DNA from: Chitinophaga pinensis
Lineage (GTDB): Bacteria > Bacteroidota > Bacteroidia > Chitinophagales > Chitinophagaceae
DNA: 48,437 nt
Assembly: GCA_945870985.1 (NCBI GenBank)
Contig: CAMBUH010000001.1
Span: forward strand, 1 to 48,437
Direction of reading: 5' to 3'
Made by a program: the position numbers and the translations under genes. The notes beneath the pieces were generated by a model, which saw only the letters and a list, made by a program, of their open reading frames with translations, had not been told where the DNA came from and did no database searches. Each line of letters starts with the position of its first letter. Position 1 is the stretch's first letter. Below are positions 29,971-41,173 of this stretch, piece after piece.

Positions 29971-30972
29971 TTATGCCTCATATTTCCTTTCCATCAGCTC
30001 CTGCACCCATTGCTGTATTTGGGGTAGGTTTTGTTTTTCCATACAATTAAAATGACCTCTTGGGCAGCGGTCGTGGCCAATTTTACTGCAAGGACGGCAG
30101 CTGAGTTCAACTTCTGCTCGGCGTTGGGAAACTGGCAGGTTTCCATAATAGGGCGTCATACCAAATGCGGGAACCGTATTACCCCAAATGCTAATAATGG
30201 GCTTATGAAAAGCCGCTGCAATATGCATTAAACCGGTATCATGGGTAATAATCAATCGGGCCTTCTTAACTAAATCGGCACTCTCGGCCAATGAAAATTT
30301 ACCACAAGCATTGTATATTTTAATGGGGTCGATAGCTGCAATGGCTGCCCCATTTAGCTGATCCTCTTTTCCGCCCAGTAAAATAATCGGAAAAGAAATG
30401 CGGCTACAAAGTTCTATCCAGTGCTTTACCGGCATCTGCTTGGTGGCATGTGCGGCCCCAATTACCATACCGATATACCCCATTTGATGGGAGAAAGGAA
30501 TCTCATCGGAACGAACCTGCTCATTATTCGGAATAAAATAGTCTAGCCCCTTACCATCGTTCACTACCCCAAAAGATTGAACGGTTTGCAGATATCTGTC
30601 TACTATGTGCTTATCTGGCAGGCGATTAATCTTAGCCACAGTCAACAACCATTTTTGCCAGTTGAGTTTAGGAAAACTAAAAGCAGGAACCCCTTTTAGT
30701 GCGCGCTTGATTTGCCAGGTACGTAAATTATGATGTAAATCTATGATGGCATCATACCCCTCCGTTTCTAGTTGGTGCATCATCAATTCTTTGCTGGAGC
30801 CCAAATTGATAATTCTGTGCACATAGGGGTTGGCGTTAAAAATTCCCCGAAACTGTTGTTTGGTAAGCACATGAATTTCTGCACCGGGTACTTGTTGGTG
30901 CAAACATCGGATAACAGGTGTAGTAAGCACAATATCCCCGATGGATGAAAAACGAATCACTAAAAACTTCAT
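29971..30972 (-). CDS. Glycosyltransferase family 9 (LPS heptosyltransferase-like)
   Basis: IRFSSIGDIVLTTP, HDTGLMHIAAA, CRPCSKIG..C. Confidence 0.92.
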   Translation of the reverse strand: MKFLVIRFSSIGDIVLTTPVIRCLHQQVPGAEIHVLTKQQFRGIFNANPYVHRIINLGSSKELMMHQLETEGYDAIIDLHHNLRTWQIKRALKGVPAFSFPKLNWQKWLLTVAKINRLPDKHIVDRYLQTVQSFGVVNDGKGLDYFIPNNEQVRSDEIPFSHQMGYIGMVIGAAHATKQMPVKHWIELCSRISFPIILLGGKEDQLNGAAIAAIDPIKIYNACGKFSLAESADLVKKARLIITHDTGLMHIAAAFHKPIISIWGNTVPAFGMTPYYGNLPVSQRRAEVELSCRPCSKIGHDRCPRGHFNCMEKQNLPQIQQWVQELMERKYEA

Positions 30973-31057
30973 GAAATCCGGCGTATGAGATGTAAAAGTA
31001 GTGCTTAAGTAACTATTTACCCTTAGTGGAAGTCCATCAACCTATAAAATTCTCCCT

Positions 31058-32299
31058 TTATGCTTCTATATAATTCAGGTCTTTATGAAAAGTTTCCTCA
31101 GTAAAATAATAGGCCACCAATGTAATACCCATCACTATAGCACCGGTTATCATTCCGCTGGAACTTAAACTAAATCCCCATGCTTTTTGAAATAGGTCTA
31201 AAAACATCCAGTTGATCAACGGCAAAGCACCTCTAACCATATTAGGAATAGTGGTGGCAGCCGTTGCCCGAAGATTAGTACCAAATTGTTCAGCACCCAT
31301 GGTTACAAAAATTGCCCAAAAGCCGGTACTGAATCCCAAATAACCACAGATGGCATACATAGTGCTGTCGCTCGTATTAAACGAACTGAAATAGAACAAA
31401 AGACCCAATATGGATAATCCGTAAAAACTTAATAAAGCTTTCTTACGACTTTTAAATGCCTGACTTACTAAACCAATAGCAATATCGCCGATTGCTATAC
31501 CTACATAAGCAAACATAATAGCCCTTCCACTATCAATATGATTGGCCCCATATAATTCACCGGCAAAGCGGTTACTGAAGTTTACCAATATGCCGATAAC
31601 ATACCAGGTAGGCAGCCCAATGAGGATGGCCAATATATATTTTTTAAACCGGCGGGAGTTATTAAAAAACATACTAAAATCGCCTCGGGAAACCCCTTTT
31701 TCTTTAGCCTCTTTAAACATGCCACTTTCGGCAACCGAGATACGTAGTAACAGTAATCCTATACCCAATGCCCCTCCAATTTTATAGCAGATTCTCCAGT
31801 CGTTGGTGAACTTATATATAAAATAAGCAAAAACAGCACCGAATAATCCGATTCCGGCTACCATAGAAGTACCTACCCCTCTTTTTTCTTTGGGCAACAG
31901 TTCACTAACCAATGTAATTCCGGCACCGAGTTCTCCCGCCAATCCTATACCGGCCAAAAATCTAAGTAGGGCATATTGATCAACGGTTTGTACATAACCC
32001 GTAATAAAATTAGCCACCGAATACAGGGCAATAGATCCAAATAATACACTCAGTCGTCCTTTTTTATCGCCGAGAGTACCCCACAACACCCCTCCAATCA
32101 ACAATCCAATCATTTGCCAATTGATAATTTTTGTGCTGGCAGCCAGCACAGCCGCTTTATTGCTAAGTTCTAGTCCAACACCCTCTAAACTAGGTTCCCG
32201 AACAATGTTAAACAACAACAAATCATAAACATCAACAAAATATCCCAGGGCTGCCACCAATACAGGGATAGAAAATATCGAAACTTGCTTTTGACTCAT
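31058..32299 (-). CDS. MFS transporter
   Basis: About 12 TM segments; GTLGDKKGR motif A; AGELGAG; AEQFGTNLRAT. Confidence 0.9.
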   Translation of the reverse strand: MSQKQVSIFSIPVLVAALGYFVDVYDLLLFNIVREPSLEGVGLELSNKAAVLAASTKIINWQMIGLLIGGVLWGTLGDKKGRLSVLFGSIALYSVANFITGYVQTVDQYALLRFLAGIGLAGELGAGITLVSELLPKEKRGVGTSMVAGIGLFGAVFAYFIYKFTNDWRICYKIGGALGIGLLLLRISVAESGMFKEAKEKGVSRGDFSMFFNNSRRFKKYILAILIGLPTWYVIGILVNFSNRFAGELYGANHIDSGRAIMFAYVGIAIGDIAIGLVSQAFKSRKKALLSFYGLSILGLLFYFSSFNTSDSTMYAICGYLGFSTGFWAIFVTMGAEQFGTNLRATAATTIPNMVRGALPLINWMFLDLFQKAWGFSLSSSGMITGAIVMGITLVAYYFTEETFHKDLNYIEA

Positions 32300-32384
32300 A
32301 CATACTATTTAGTGTATCAATAAACTTACGAAATACTTTCAATTAAAATACGCAAAAAAGAATACAGCAGCAGTGGCATGCCCA

Positions 32385-33620
32385 TCAGGTTTCAATAAAA
32401 TCCATGTCTCTGCCATAGGTTTCTTTGGTATAGATTAAAGCCCATATGGCCAGCGATAAAACTAAAACTGCACAAATCATTCCTGCTTGCAGATAACTAT
32501 GGGTAAACTGTTGCAGCAACTTTTGCAAAAGAATAATCAGGGGCAATAATCCCCTAACCAAGTTGGGGATGGATATGGCTGTTGTTGCCCGAAGATTCGT
32601 GCCAAATTGCTCAGCCGACATAGTTATGTATAAAACAGAGATCCCAGATCCAAATCCTAAAATTGCGCAAATCGAATACATTGTAAATAAGGTTCCCCAA
32701 CCTTGAGACTGCCAGAAAAAGAGGAAAACCGCACTAATCAGGATAACATAAAACACCCAAAGTGCCTTTTTTCTGCTTTGCAAATAATTACTTAGCAATC
32801 CGGCACAGATATCGCCCAGTCCGATTGCGATGTATTGATAAAAAATTGCCTTAGCCGGATCAACCCCTGCGATACCCATTTCTTTTCCAAACTGATCAGA
32901 AAAGGTAATCAACACACCAATTACAAACCATACGGGAAAGCCTATTAATACGCCACGCAGGTATCGCATCAATCGAGGGCGATTGTTGATGAGCATCCTA
33001 AAATCTCCGCGTCGGGTTGCTGTTTCTTTTACGGTATTGTATAAGCCGCTTTCCATCATATTTGCCCGTAAAAACAACAATAAAAATCCTAACCCACCAC
33101 CGATATAGTAACAAAGCCGCCAATCTTGAAACAGGTTGTACACTAAAAAAGCTACCAAGGCACCACAAACTCCGGTAGTTGCAATAATGGTGGCAGCTAA
33201 TCCTCTTTTGTGTTTGGGTAACATTTCTGTAACTAGGGTGATGCTGGCACCGAGTTCTCCTGCTAAACCCACTCCGGCAATAAAACGAACCAATACATAT
33301 TGTGGAACAGTTTGCACCATGCCATTAGCGATATTGGCCAATGAATAGAGTAATATAGAACCGAAGAGAACGCTCAGCCTCCCCTTTTTATCACCCATAA
33401 TTCCCCAGGCAATTCCTCCCACGGTTAGTCCAATCATCTGTACACTAATAATCAGCTCTCCACTGTGCAATACCTGATCGGGGCTGAGGCCCATTGATTG
33501 TAGACTGGGTTTTCGGATGATGGAAAATAACAGCAAATCGAAAATATCAACAAAAAATCCAAGAGCGCCAACCAGCACCGGCAAAGAGAGTATGCCCGGA
33601 GATATTGATTTGCTTTGCAT
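32385..33620 (-). CDS. MFS transporter (paralogue of its neighbour)
   Basis: GIMGDKKGRLSVLFGSI, AGELGAS, AEQFGTNLRAT. Confidence 0.9.
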   Translation of the reverse strand: MQSKSISPGILSLPVLVGALGFFVDIFDLLLFSIIRKPSLQSMGLSPDQVLHSGELIISVQMIGLTVGGIAWGIMGDKKGRLSVLFGSILLYSLANIANGMVQTVPQYVLVRFIAGVGLAGELGASITLVTEMLPKHKRGLAATIIATTGVCGALVAFLVYNLFQDWRLCYYIGGGLGFLLLFLRANMMESGLYNTVKETATRRGDFRMLINNRPRLMRYLRGVLIGFPVWFVIGVLITFSDQFGKEMGIAGVDPAKAIFYQYIAIGLGDICAGLLSNYLQSRKKALWVFYVILISAVFLFFWQSQGWGTLFTMYSICAILGFGSGISVLYITMSAEQFGTNLRATTAISIPNLVRGLLPLIILLQKLLQQFTHSYLQAGMICAVLVLSLAIWALIYTKETYGRDMDFIET

Positions 33621-33623
33621 AGT

Positions 33624-34325
33624 TCAGGATGGATCGCTGTTGGATGTAGTATTTCCTTTATGGAAAATCAACTTATAAATAATGGGAGCGGTGGTAACCA
33701 ATACAATACCCAACACAATCACTTCTAGATGTAACCGTAAATCAAATCCAAACTGAGACAGTATCCACTTTTGCAAAAAGTGTCCGGCAAATAACATAGT
33801 AAATACCCAGGCAATACAGCCTACCACATTATAATAGCTAAACTTCTTGTAGTTCATATCCACAATGCCGGCAACAATGGGGGCAAATGTTCGAACGATG
33901 GGTATAAACCGAGCAATTACGATAGCACCTCCACCATGTTTTTCATAGAAATCATGTGCCTGGGTTAGGTATCTTTTTTTAAAGAGCATGTTATCTTTCC
34001 AGTCGTACATTGCATGTCCCACTTTTTTTCCAAACCAGAAGCCCACAAAATTGCCAATGATTCCGGCAGCAGAAATCAGCAGGGCGATTACAATCAAATC
34101 TAACACTTCACTACCCGGACCAATTACTGCCCTGGCAATATCACTACTATAAATGCCGGCAACAAATAATAGGCTATCACCGGGCAGAAAGAAACCGGCA
34201 AAGAGCCCTGTTTCGGCAAATACTACAAATAATATCAACCATAATCCGCCATGTTCTATATAAAACTGTGGCTGTAAAAGTTGAGTCCAGTGAAATTCGG
34301 CAGCAAGCAAGGTTGGCAATAGCAT
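33624..34325 (-). CDS. DedA-family membrane protein
   Basis: FAETGLFAGFFLPGDSLLF, ARFIPIVRTFAP.VAG. Confidence 0.92.
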   Translation of the reverse strand: MLLPTLLAAEFHWTQLLQPQFYIEHGGLWLILFVVFAETGLFAGFFLPGDSLLFVAGIYSSDIARAVIGPGSEVLDLIVIALLISAAGIIGNFVGFWFGKKVGHAMYDWKDNMLFKKRYLTQAHDFYEKHGGGAIVIARFIPIVRTFAPIVAGIVDMNYKKFSYYNVVGCIAWVFTMLFAGHFLQKWILSQFGFDLRLHLEVIVLGIVLVTTAPIIYKLIFHKGNTTSNSDPS

Positions 34326-34344
34326 GGGGATGTTTGATTGGGTA

Positions 34345-35604
34345 TTATAGGGTATCTGGGATTTCTTGAGCAGGACCTAATTCATTTTCCCATTTACTTA
34401 CAACGGTGGTGGCTAGGGTATTTCCCAGCACGTTGGTAGCGGTTCTAAACATATCGCAGAAATGGTCGATGGGGAGGATAAGGGCAATACCTTCGGGCGG
34501 TATGTTAAACATGGCACAGGTGGCGGTAACAATAACCAGGGATGCGCGGGGAACTCCGGCAATGCCTTTACTGGTAAGCATCAGCACGAGCAACATGGTT
34601 AATTGAGTGCCCAAATCGAGGTGAATGTTATTGGCCTGTGCAATGGCCAAACTGGCAAAAGTCATATACATCATACTTCCATCCAGATTAAACGAATAAC
34701 CAAGGGGAAGGATAAAGGATACAATTTTATTCTTGCAACCAAACCTTTCCAATTCTTCGGTGAGTTTGGGAAAAACGGCTTCGCTGCTGGTGGTGCTAAA
34801 AGCGATGATGAGGGGCGAAGCAATTCGGCGTAATAATTCGGGTAATCTTTTTCTGAGTATTAAATACCCAACCGAAAGCATAATTACCCAAAGAATGGCA
34901 ATGCCAATTAAAAAGTAAAGCATGTATTTGCCATAAAACACAAATACTTCCAATCCTTTAGATGCGATCACAGCAGCAATAGCCCCAAATACTCCTAGGG
35001 GGGCAACATTCATTACGTAGCCTACCATTTTTAGTATCACATGCGAAACGGCATCCAGTGCTTTTACAATAACCTTGGCTTTGTCGCCCATAGAGGCTGC
35101 CGCTACGCCAAAGAAAATACTGAAAATTACCAGCTGCAAAATTTCATTGGTAGCCATGGCTTCTATCACACTCCGCGGAACGATGTGCTCTACAAATTGC
35201 TGTAAGCTAAACTGTTGGGTATTGCTTACCAATTTTCCGGCTTCTGTTTTATCTAATACTGCATTTGAAAAACCAGCTCCCGGCTGAAAGAAATTCACCA
35301 ATACCATACCCAACAGCAAACTAATCAATGAGGCCCCAATAAACCAGAGCATGGCTTTACCACCTACCCTTCCAACGGCTTTCAAATCGCCCAGCTTGGC
35401 GATACCCACCACCAGGGTAGAAAAAACCAAGGGGGCAATAATCATCTGTACCATCCGGATAAAGACGGTGGTTAATAATTTGATGTTTTTTGAGAAAGAC
35501 TCAATAAACCCGGGTGATGCCTGGGTATGCACTATATACCCCAATAGGGCTCCGGCAAACATGGCAATTAGGATGTATAAAGTGAGCCGGTTAGACTTTT
35601 GCAT
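34345..35604 (-). CDS. Dicarboxylate/amino acid:cation symporter (DAACS)
   Basis: IIAPLVFSTLV.GI, AFSTTSSEA, LGYSFNLDG, SKGIAGVP, DMFRTATNV.GN. Confidence 0.93.
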   Translation of the reverse strand: MQKSNRLTLYILIAMFAGALLGYIVHTQASPGFIESFSKNIKLLTTVFIRMVQMIIAPLVFSTLVVGIAKLGDLKAVGRVGGKAMLWFIGASLISLLLGMVLVNFFQPGAGFSNAVLDKTEAGKLVSNTQQFSLQQFVEHIVPRSVIEAMATNEILQLVIFSIFFGVAAASMGDKAKVIVKALDAVSHVILKMVGYVMNVAPLGVFGAIAAVIASKGLEVFVFYGKYMLYFLIGIAILWVIMLSVGYLILRKRLPELLRRIASPLIIAFSTTSSEAVFPKLTEELERFGCKNKIVSFILPLGYSFNLDGSMMYMTFASLAIAQANNIHLDLGTQLTMLLVLMLTSKGIAGVPRASLVIVTATCAMFNIPPEGIALILPIDHFCDMFRTATNVLGNTLATTVVSKWENELGPAQEIPDTL

Positions 35605-35744
35605 ATACCAAACAGATTATTTCGCAATATAAGGATTCCACGTTAAACCCATCCCTTATCCCCATTTCAAAAACTTTTATAGCGGAAAACAAAGAATTGC
35701 CTATTTTTCCACTAGTTTTTATTGAAAATCTTAACTAAGCATTT

Positions 35745-37244
35745 ATGAGTTTATTCAGCAGAAAAAAATCGTTGGATGTTCTGATGGCGCAGGCCGGGGA
35801 CTCCGAAAAAGGACTAAAAAGAACCCTGGGTGCGGGTAGTTTGATTGCCCTGGGTATTGGAGCCATTATTGGTGCAGGGCTATTTGTAAGAACCGCAGCA
35901 GCTGCCGGAGAACATGCCGGACCAGCCGTTACCTTATCCTTTATTGTTGCCGCAATCGGTTGTGCGTTTGCCGGATTATGTTATGCAGAATTTGCATCTA
36001 TGATTCCTATTGCCGGAAGTGCCTATACCTATGCCTATGCCACCATGGGTGAATTGGTTGCCTGGATTATTGGTTGGGCTTTGATTTTGGAATATGCACT
36101 CGGTGCGGCCACCGTTTCTATCGCCTGGAGTGAGTTTTTAAATAAACTATTAGAACAATATCATCTGGGGTCAATCCCCTACGAATGGAGCCACTCCCCT
36201 TTTGAAAAGGCATTGGATGTTAATAATGTGATGCATGTGGGTATTATGAATGTACCTGCCCTGTTCATTTTATTACTGCTTTCTTTGTTACTCATCAAGG
36301 GTACCCAAGAATCGGCGATGGTAAACTCTGTGATTGTTATTGTTAAAGTGGCTATCGTTATTTTGTTCATCATCATTGGCTGGAAATACATTAACCCTGC
36401 CAACCATACTCCTTTTTTAATTCCTGCAGATGCTCCCCCGGCCCTCAAACCTGATGGTACTTTTTACGATTATAGTGGACTTTTCAACCATGGTTTATAT
36501 GGCGTTTTAACAGGTGCAGGTATCGTATTTTTTGCTTTTATCGGTTTCGATGCAGTATCCACGGCTGCGCAGGAAGCTAAAAATCCTCGAAAAGATATGC
36601 CTATCGGTATTTTAGGTTCCTTGGTTGTTTGTACCATTTTATATGTACTTTTTTCATGGGTATTAACCGGTGTTGCCCCCTATACTGATTTCGTTAAATC
36701 TGGCAAAGAAGCTTCTGTTGCCTATGCCATTGAAACCTACATGAAGGATCAGCTTTGGCTGGCCAAGGTAGTAACCATTGCCATTCTTGCAGGGTTCTCT
36801 TCGGTTATCCTGGTGATGTTAATGGGTCAGAGTCGGGTATTTTATACAATGGCAACCGATGGTCTTTTACCCAAGATGTTCTCCGATTTACATCCAAAAT
36901 ACAGAACCCCCTATAAATCGAATATGATTTTGTTCTTATTTGTAGGAGCATTTGCGGCATTTGTACCTTCCAAAGTAGCCGGCGACCTTACAAGTATTGG
37001 AACCCTTTTCGCCTTTATTCTGGTGTGTGTAGGTGTTTGGGTAATGCGCGTAAATGACCCGGGTAGGGAGCGGCCGTTTAAAACCCCCCTCGTACCGCTG
37101 GTTCCCATTCTGGGGATGGTGGTTTGTGCTGCAATGATTTATGGATTGCCAAAAGAAACTCAACTGGGTGCATTGGGATGGATGGCAGTTGGATTACTAG
37201 TATATTTTGGATACAGCAAAGCCAACAGCAAATTAAAAGAATAG
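35745..37244 (+). CDS. APC-family amino acid permease
   Basis: LGIGAIIGAG, CYAEFASMIP.AGSAYTY, FFAFIGFDAVST.AQE. Confidence 0.93.
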   Translation: MSLFSRKKSLDVLMAQAGDSEKGLKRTLGAGSLIALGIGAIIGAGLFVRTAAAAGEHAGPAVTLSFIVAAIGCAFAGLCYAEFASMIPIAGSAYTYAYATMGELVAWIIGWALILEYALGAATVSIAWSEFLNKLLEQYHLGSIPYEWSHSPFEKALDVNNVMHVGIMNVPALFILLLLSLLLIKGTQESAMVNSVIVIVKVAIVILFIIIGWKYINPANHTPFLIPADAPPALKPDGTFYDYSGLFNHGLYGVLTGAGIVFFAFIGFDAVSTAAQEAKNPRKDMPIGILGSLVVCTILYVLFSWVLTGVAPYTDFVKSGKEASVAYAIETYMKDQLWLAKVVTIAILAGFSSVILVMLMGQSRVFYTMATDGLLPKMFSDLHPKYRTPYKSNMILFLFVGAFAAFVPSKVAGDLTSIGTLFAFILVCVGVWVMRVNDPGRERPFKTPLVPLVPILGMVVCAAMIYGLPKETQLGALGWMAVGLLVYFGYSKANSKLKE

Positions 37245-37266
37245 TCAACTCTATTTTTTATATACT

Positions 37267-37303
37267 TACAATAGCCGAATCAGTACCTGATTCGGCTGTT
37301 GTA
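37267..37303 (+). terminator. Terminator-like hairpin after the permease
   Basis: TACAATAGCCGAATCAG-TAC-CTGATTCGGCTGTTGTA, 17-bp stem with one G:U pair. Confidence 0.75.
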
Positions 37304-37380
37304 TTTCAAAGGGTTGGTTTCTACGGTTGCAAAGCGTAATTTTGCAGTCCCGGTTAGGCTACCGGATCAAAACACATACT

Positions 37381-38103
37381 ATGGGAAGGATTTTTGAGGT
37401 TAGAAAAGCTACCATGTTTGCCCGATGGGATCGCATGGCCAAACAATTCACCCGCATTGGGAAGGAAATTGTAATTGCAGTAAAAGCCGCAGGCCCCGAC
37501 CCTGCTACCAATCCCGCTTTGCGGAGATGTTTTCAGAATGCCCGAAGTGTGGGTATGCCTAAAGATCGGGTGGAAGCCGCCATTAAACGGGCTACCGGAA
37601 AAGATACTACCAACTATGAGGAAATTTTATATGAAGGCTACGGACCGCATGGGGTAGCCATCTTGGTAGAAACCGCCACTGATAACCACGTAAGAACAGT
37701 AGCCAACGTGAAAAGTCATTTCAATAAAGGCAACGGTGCCATGGGAACTACCGGAAGTGTAAGCTTTCAGTTTAAGAAAATGGGGGTATTTAAACTAAAA
37801 CCCGAGGGACTAAATACAGAAGAACTGGAATTTGAATTGATAGATGTGGGGCTGGATGAAATGGGGGAAAGTGTGGATGAGCAGGGAAATGCCATTATCG
37901 TTTTACGCTGCCAGTTTGTTGATTTTGGTAAATTACAAAAGGGTTTAGAAGACAAAGGAATTTCCCCTATTAGTGCCGAGCTGGAATGGATTCCCGAAAA
38001 TACAGTTCCCGTTAATGATGAGCAGGCAGAAGAAATTAGTAAGCTGATAGAGCGGCTTGAGCAAGACGACGACGTGAATAAGGTATTCCATAATATGGGT
38101 TAA
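37381..38103 (+). CDS. YebC/PmpR-family protein
   Basis: MGRIFE.RK Bacteroidota-type start, [33 protein letters not shown]; -7 TAATTTTG at 37337-37344. Confidence 0.93.
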   Translation: MGRIFEVRKATMFARWDRMAKQFTRIGKEIVIAVKAAGPDPATNPALRRCFQNARSVGMPKDRVEAAIKRATGKDTTNYEEILYEGYGPHGVAILVETATDNHVRTVANVKSHFNKGNGAMGTTGSVSFQFKKMGVFKLKPEGLNTEELEFELIDVGLDEMGESVDEQGNAIIVLRCQFVDFGKLQKGLEDKGISPISAELEWIPENTVPVNDEQAEEISKLIERLEQDDDVNKVFHNMG

Positions 38104-38126
38104 TATAAACCCGCTAATTTTTATCG

Positions 38127-38585
38127 GTGGAGCATTCCACAACACAACTCGCTGAACACAACAAGCGCCGGTTGATTTTTTTCGACGGGGATTGTAATCT
38201 TTGTCAATATGCCGTTCAATTTGTTATACAACGCGACCAAAAAGGGCGTTTCTGTTACGCTTCTTTACAAAGTGAAATAGCGAATAAATTGCTTTCCGAT
38301 TCTGGCCAAGTACCATTGGAATTAAGCACTTTTATTTTATGGGAGGAAGGAAGAATTTTTTATCGGTCAACAGCCGCACTTAGAGTAGCAAAGGGTTTGC
38401 CGGCATTATGGCCTTTGTTGTATGCATTTATTATTGTACCAATCTTTATTCGGGATGGGATTTATAATTGGATAGCAGCTAACCGGTATCAATGGTGGGG
38501 GAAGTCGGCAAGTTGTTTGATACCAAAGCCAGAGTGGAAAAATCGTTTTCCGGAAACCCTCGAAGCGCTGAATACACGCGTGTAA
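38127..38585 (+). CDS. DCC1-like (DUF393) thiol-disulfide oxidoreductase family protein
   Basis: FFDGDCNLC, ASLQS, RD..Y.WIA.NRY.WWGK...C; GTG start. Confidence 0.88.
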   Translation: MEHSTTQLAEHNKRRLIFFDGDCNLCQYAVQFVIQRDQKGRFCYASLQSEIANKLLSDSGQVPLELSTFILWEEGRIFYRSTAALRVAKGLPALWPLLYAFIIVPIFIRDGIYNWIAANRYQWWGKSASCLIPKPEWKNRFPETLEALNTRV

Positions 38586-40976
38586 CTATTCCTGCATCAT
38601 TTGCAGCACCAGTTCTACCACCTGCTCGGCATTGGGCTTGCCAAAATAGTCGCCATCGCTGCCATAGCCGGTGCGGTGTTCTTTAGCGGTGAGTGTTCTG
38701 GGGCTCACATCTAGGTAGCGGAAAGCTTTTTGTTCTTCTATTACTTTTGCCAGCATGTAAGCCGAAGCACCTCCGGGTACATCTTCATCCACAAACAGGA
38801 TGTGGTTGGTTTTTTTCAGCGATTCAATAATGGCATGATTGGTATCGAAAGGTAACAGCGTTTGCACATCTATGATTTCGCAATCAATTTCCATCTGGGC
38901 TAATCGCTGAGCAGCTTCTTCTACTATGCGAAGGGTAGAACCATAGGATACAATGGAAATATCCTGACCCTGGCGAATAATCTCGGGTATGCCCAGTTGA
39001 ACGCGGAAATCGAGGGGGTTATCGGGCATTTTTTCTTTCAGCCGATATCCATTCAAACATTCTACAATAATTCCGGGGTCGTTCCCTTGCAATAAGGTAT
39101 TGTACATACCCATGGCCTGCACCATATTTCGGGGAACGCAAATATGCATACCCCGGAGTGCATGCACCATCATACCCATGGGTGATCCGGTATGCCAGAT
39201 ACCCTCTAAGCGATGTCCGCGGGTGCGGATAATGAGCGGATAACTTTGCAGGGCAGTGGTTCTAAAATGAACGGTAGCCACATCATCACTCAAAGTTTGC
39301 AGGGCGTATAAAATATAATCGAGGTATTGTATTTCAGCAATCGGTCTTAATCCACGCAGTGCCAATCCTATGGCCTGTCCTACAATAGAAAGTTCACGAA
39401 TACCTGTATCGGAAACCCGATCAACCCCATGCTTCTCTTGTAATCCCGCAAATCCCTGATTCACATCGCCAATTTTGCCTACATCTTCCCCAAATGCATA
39501 TACAAAAGGATTATGGGTAAGTAGCTGATCGAAATAGCGATTAATAATTTCATAGCCATTCAACACTAATGACTGCTCGGAATACAGTGCTGGAATACCT
39601 TTAACTAAGCGGGTGTTTTTGGGTCCCTCATTGTATAGATGGGTATCGTATAATTGTTGGTTGGCAGCTTGGAGTTCGGTTAGATAGCCTTTTACTTTTT
39701 CTGCGCTTGGCGAGTTGGGTGCGAGTTCGAGCGCGATGGAGAGTGATCGCATCCCATCTCTGCGTAATAATTCTTTACCGGAAAGTAAGTGAGATGCCAT
39801 AGACTGCAGCTGCTTATATACCTGCATATCATTTATTACCATTTCGCGTATCAGTTCTCCGGCTTTTTTTGCCTGTTGCTGAATAGGTAACTGATAATCG
39901 TCCCATGCGATTCTTCTACTTTCTTTTACAAAATTTCTTGCCTCCGCTTCTAGGGTATTGAGTTCATCAGCAGTGGCGAGTTCGCATTGCAGTAACCACG
40001 CTTTCATTTTTTTATTACAATCCCATTCCCGCTCCCACTCCAGTCGTTCGGCCGTTTTATATCTTTCGTGGCTTCCGCTGGTGGAATGCCCCTGAGGTTG
40101 GGTAACTTCCTGCACATGAAATAGCACCGGAACATGATCGATGCGTAATTGATGTATAGCCGATTCAAACACTTCACACATGCCGGCATAGTCCCAGGCT
40201 TTTACAGTATAAATCCGAATGCCATTGGTGCCTTCTTCTTTTTCCATTCCACTGAGTGCTTCTGAGATAGACCCTTTGGTAGTTTGGTATTGAGTAGGAA
40301 CAGATATGCCATAGCCATCATCCCACACAAATACTGCCAGGGGTATTTGCAAAACGCCTGCTGCGTTAATAGCTTCCCAAAAATGACCTTCCGATGTACT
40401 GGCATCTCCAATGGTGCAAAAGCAAACCTCATTTCCTGATTTGCTCAGTTTCGAAAATAATTCGGGCTGAGGGGCATTGCGAAATAATTTAGAGGCCCAG
40501 GCTAATCCAACGGCTCGTGGCATTTGAGATGCCGTAGGAGCCATATCGGAAGAAGTATTTTTTCTATTTACAATATCCAACCAATTTCCATCGGAATCGG
40601 TAACTGGAGTGGCAAAATGGGCATTCATTTGACGGCCGGCACTAAAAGGGTCGTTTGCCGGATTAGGGTCGCCATATAGTTGCGCAAAAAATTGCTGCAC
40701 AGTTGAAATACCAGTTGCAAACATAAAAGTCTGGTCGCGATAATAACCCGCCCTAAAATCGCCCGGCTGAAAAAATTTGGCAACGGCAATTTGAGCAACT
40801 TCTTTACCATCACCAAAGATGCCAAATTTGCCTTTTCCGGTTAATACCTCTCTTCTACCTAGTAAACTAACTTCACGACTGATAACAGCTATGCGATAGT
40901 CTAGCAAGATTGCTTGCCGGAATGCTTCAAACGACATTTTACTGTCTGCCCCCTCTTGAGATACGGGATAATCCAT
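38586..40976 (-). CDS. 2-oxoacid (probably branched-chain) dehydrogenase E1, fused alpha/beta
   Basis: GKFGIFGDGKE, TPP motif IGDASTSEG, GHSTSGSH, FGEDVG, PIAEIQ; -7 TAAATTTG at 40981-40988. Confidence 0.92.
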   Translation of the reverse strand: MDYPVSQEGADSKMSFEAFRQAILLDYRIAVISREVSLLGRREVLTGKGKFGIFGDGKEVAQIAVAKFFQPGDFRAGYYRDQTFMFATGISTVQQFFAQLYGDPNPANDPFSAGRQMNAHFATPVTDSDGNWLDIVNRKNTSSDMAPTASQMPRAVGLAWASKLFRNAPQPELFSKLSKSGNEVCFCTIGDASTSEGHFWEAINAAGVLQIPLAVFVWDDGYGISVPTQYQTTKGSISEALSGMEKEEGTNGIRIYTVKAWDYAGMCEVFESAIHQLRIDHVPVLFHVQEVTQPQGHSTSGSHERYKTAERLEWEREWDCNKKMKAWLLQCELATADELNTLEAEARNFVKESRRIAWDDYQLPIQQQAKKAGELIREMVINDMQVYKQLQSMASHLLSGKELLRRDGMRSLSIALELAPNSPSAEKVKGYLTELQAANQQLYDTHLYNEGPKNTRLVKGIPALYSEQSLVLNGYEIINRYFDQLLTHNPFVYAFGEDVGKIGDVNQGFAGLQEKHGVDRVSDTGIRELSIVGQAIGLALRGLRPIAEIQYLDYILYALQTLSDDVATVHFRTTALQSYPLIIRTRGHRLEGIWHTGSPMGMMVHALRGMHICVPRNMVQAMGMYNTLLQGNDPGIIVECLNGYRLKEKMPDNPLDFRVQLGIPEIIRQGQDISIVSYGSTLRIVEEAAQRLAQMEIDCEIIDVQTLLPFDTNHAIIESLKKTNHILFVDEDVPGGASAYMLAKVIEEQKAFRYLDVSPRTLTAKEHRTGYGSDGDYFGKPNAEQVVELVLQMMQE

Positions 40977-41173
40977 GCGGCAAATTTAGTGTTACGCGCT
41001 CAATAGGGCGAAGGAAAATAGTGTAGAAAGTAAAAAACAGCCATTCAGGCAACAAAATGGGGAGAAAATGGTATCTATAGAGTGTTAAAAACTTATAAAA
41101 ATGCCTGTTTTTACGAACAAATGACAAAGAAGTAACGAGTTTTAAGTAATTTTAGGTAACAAAAATATACTCT

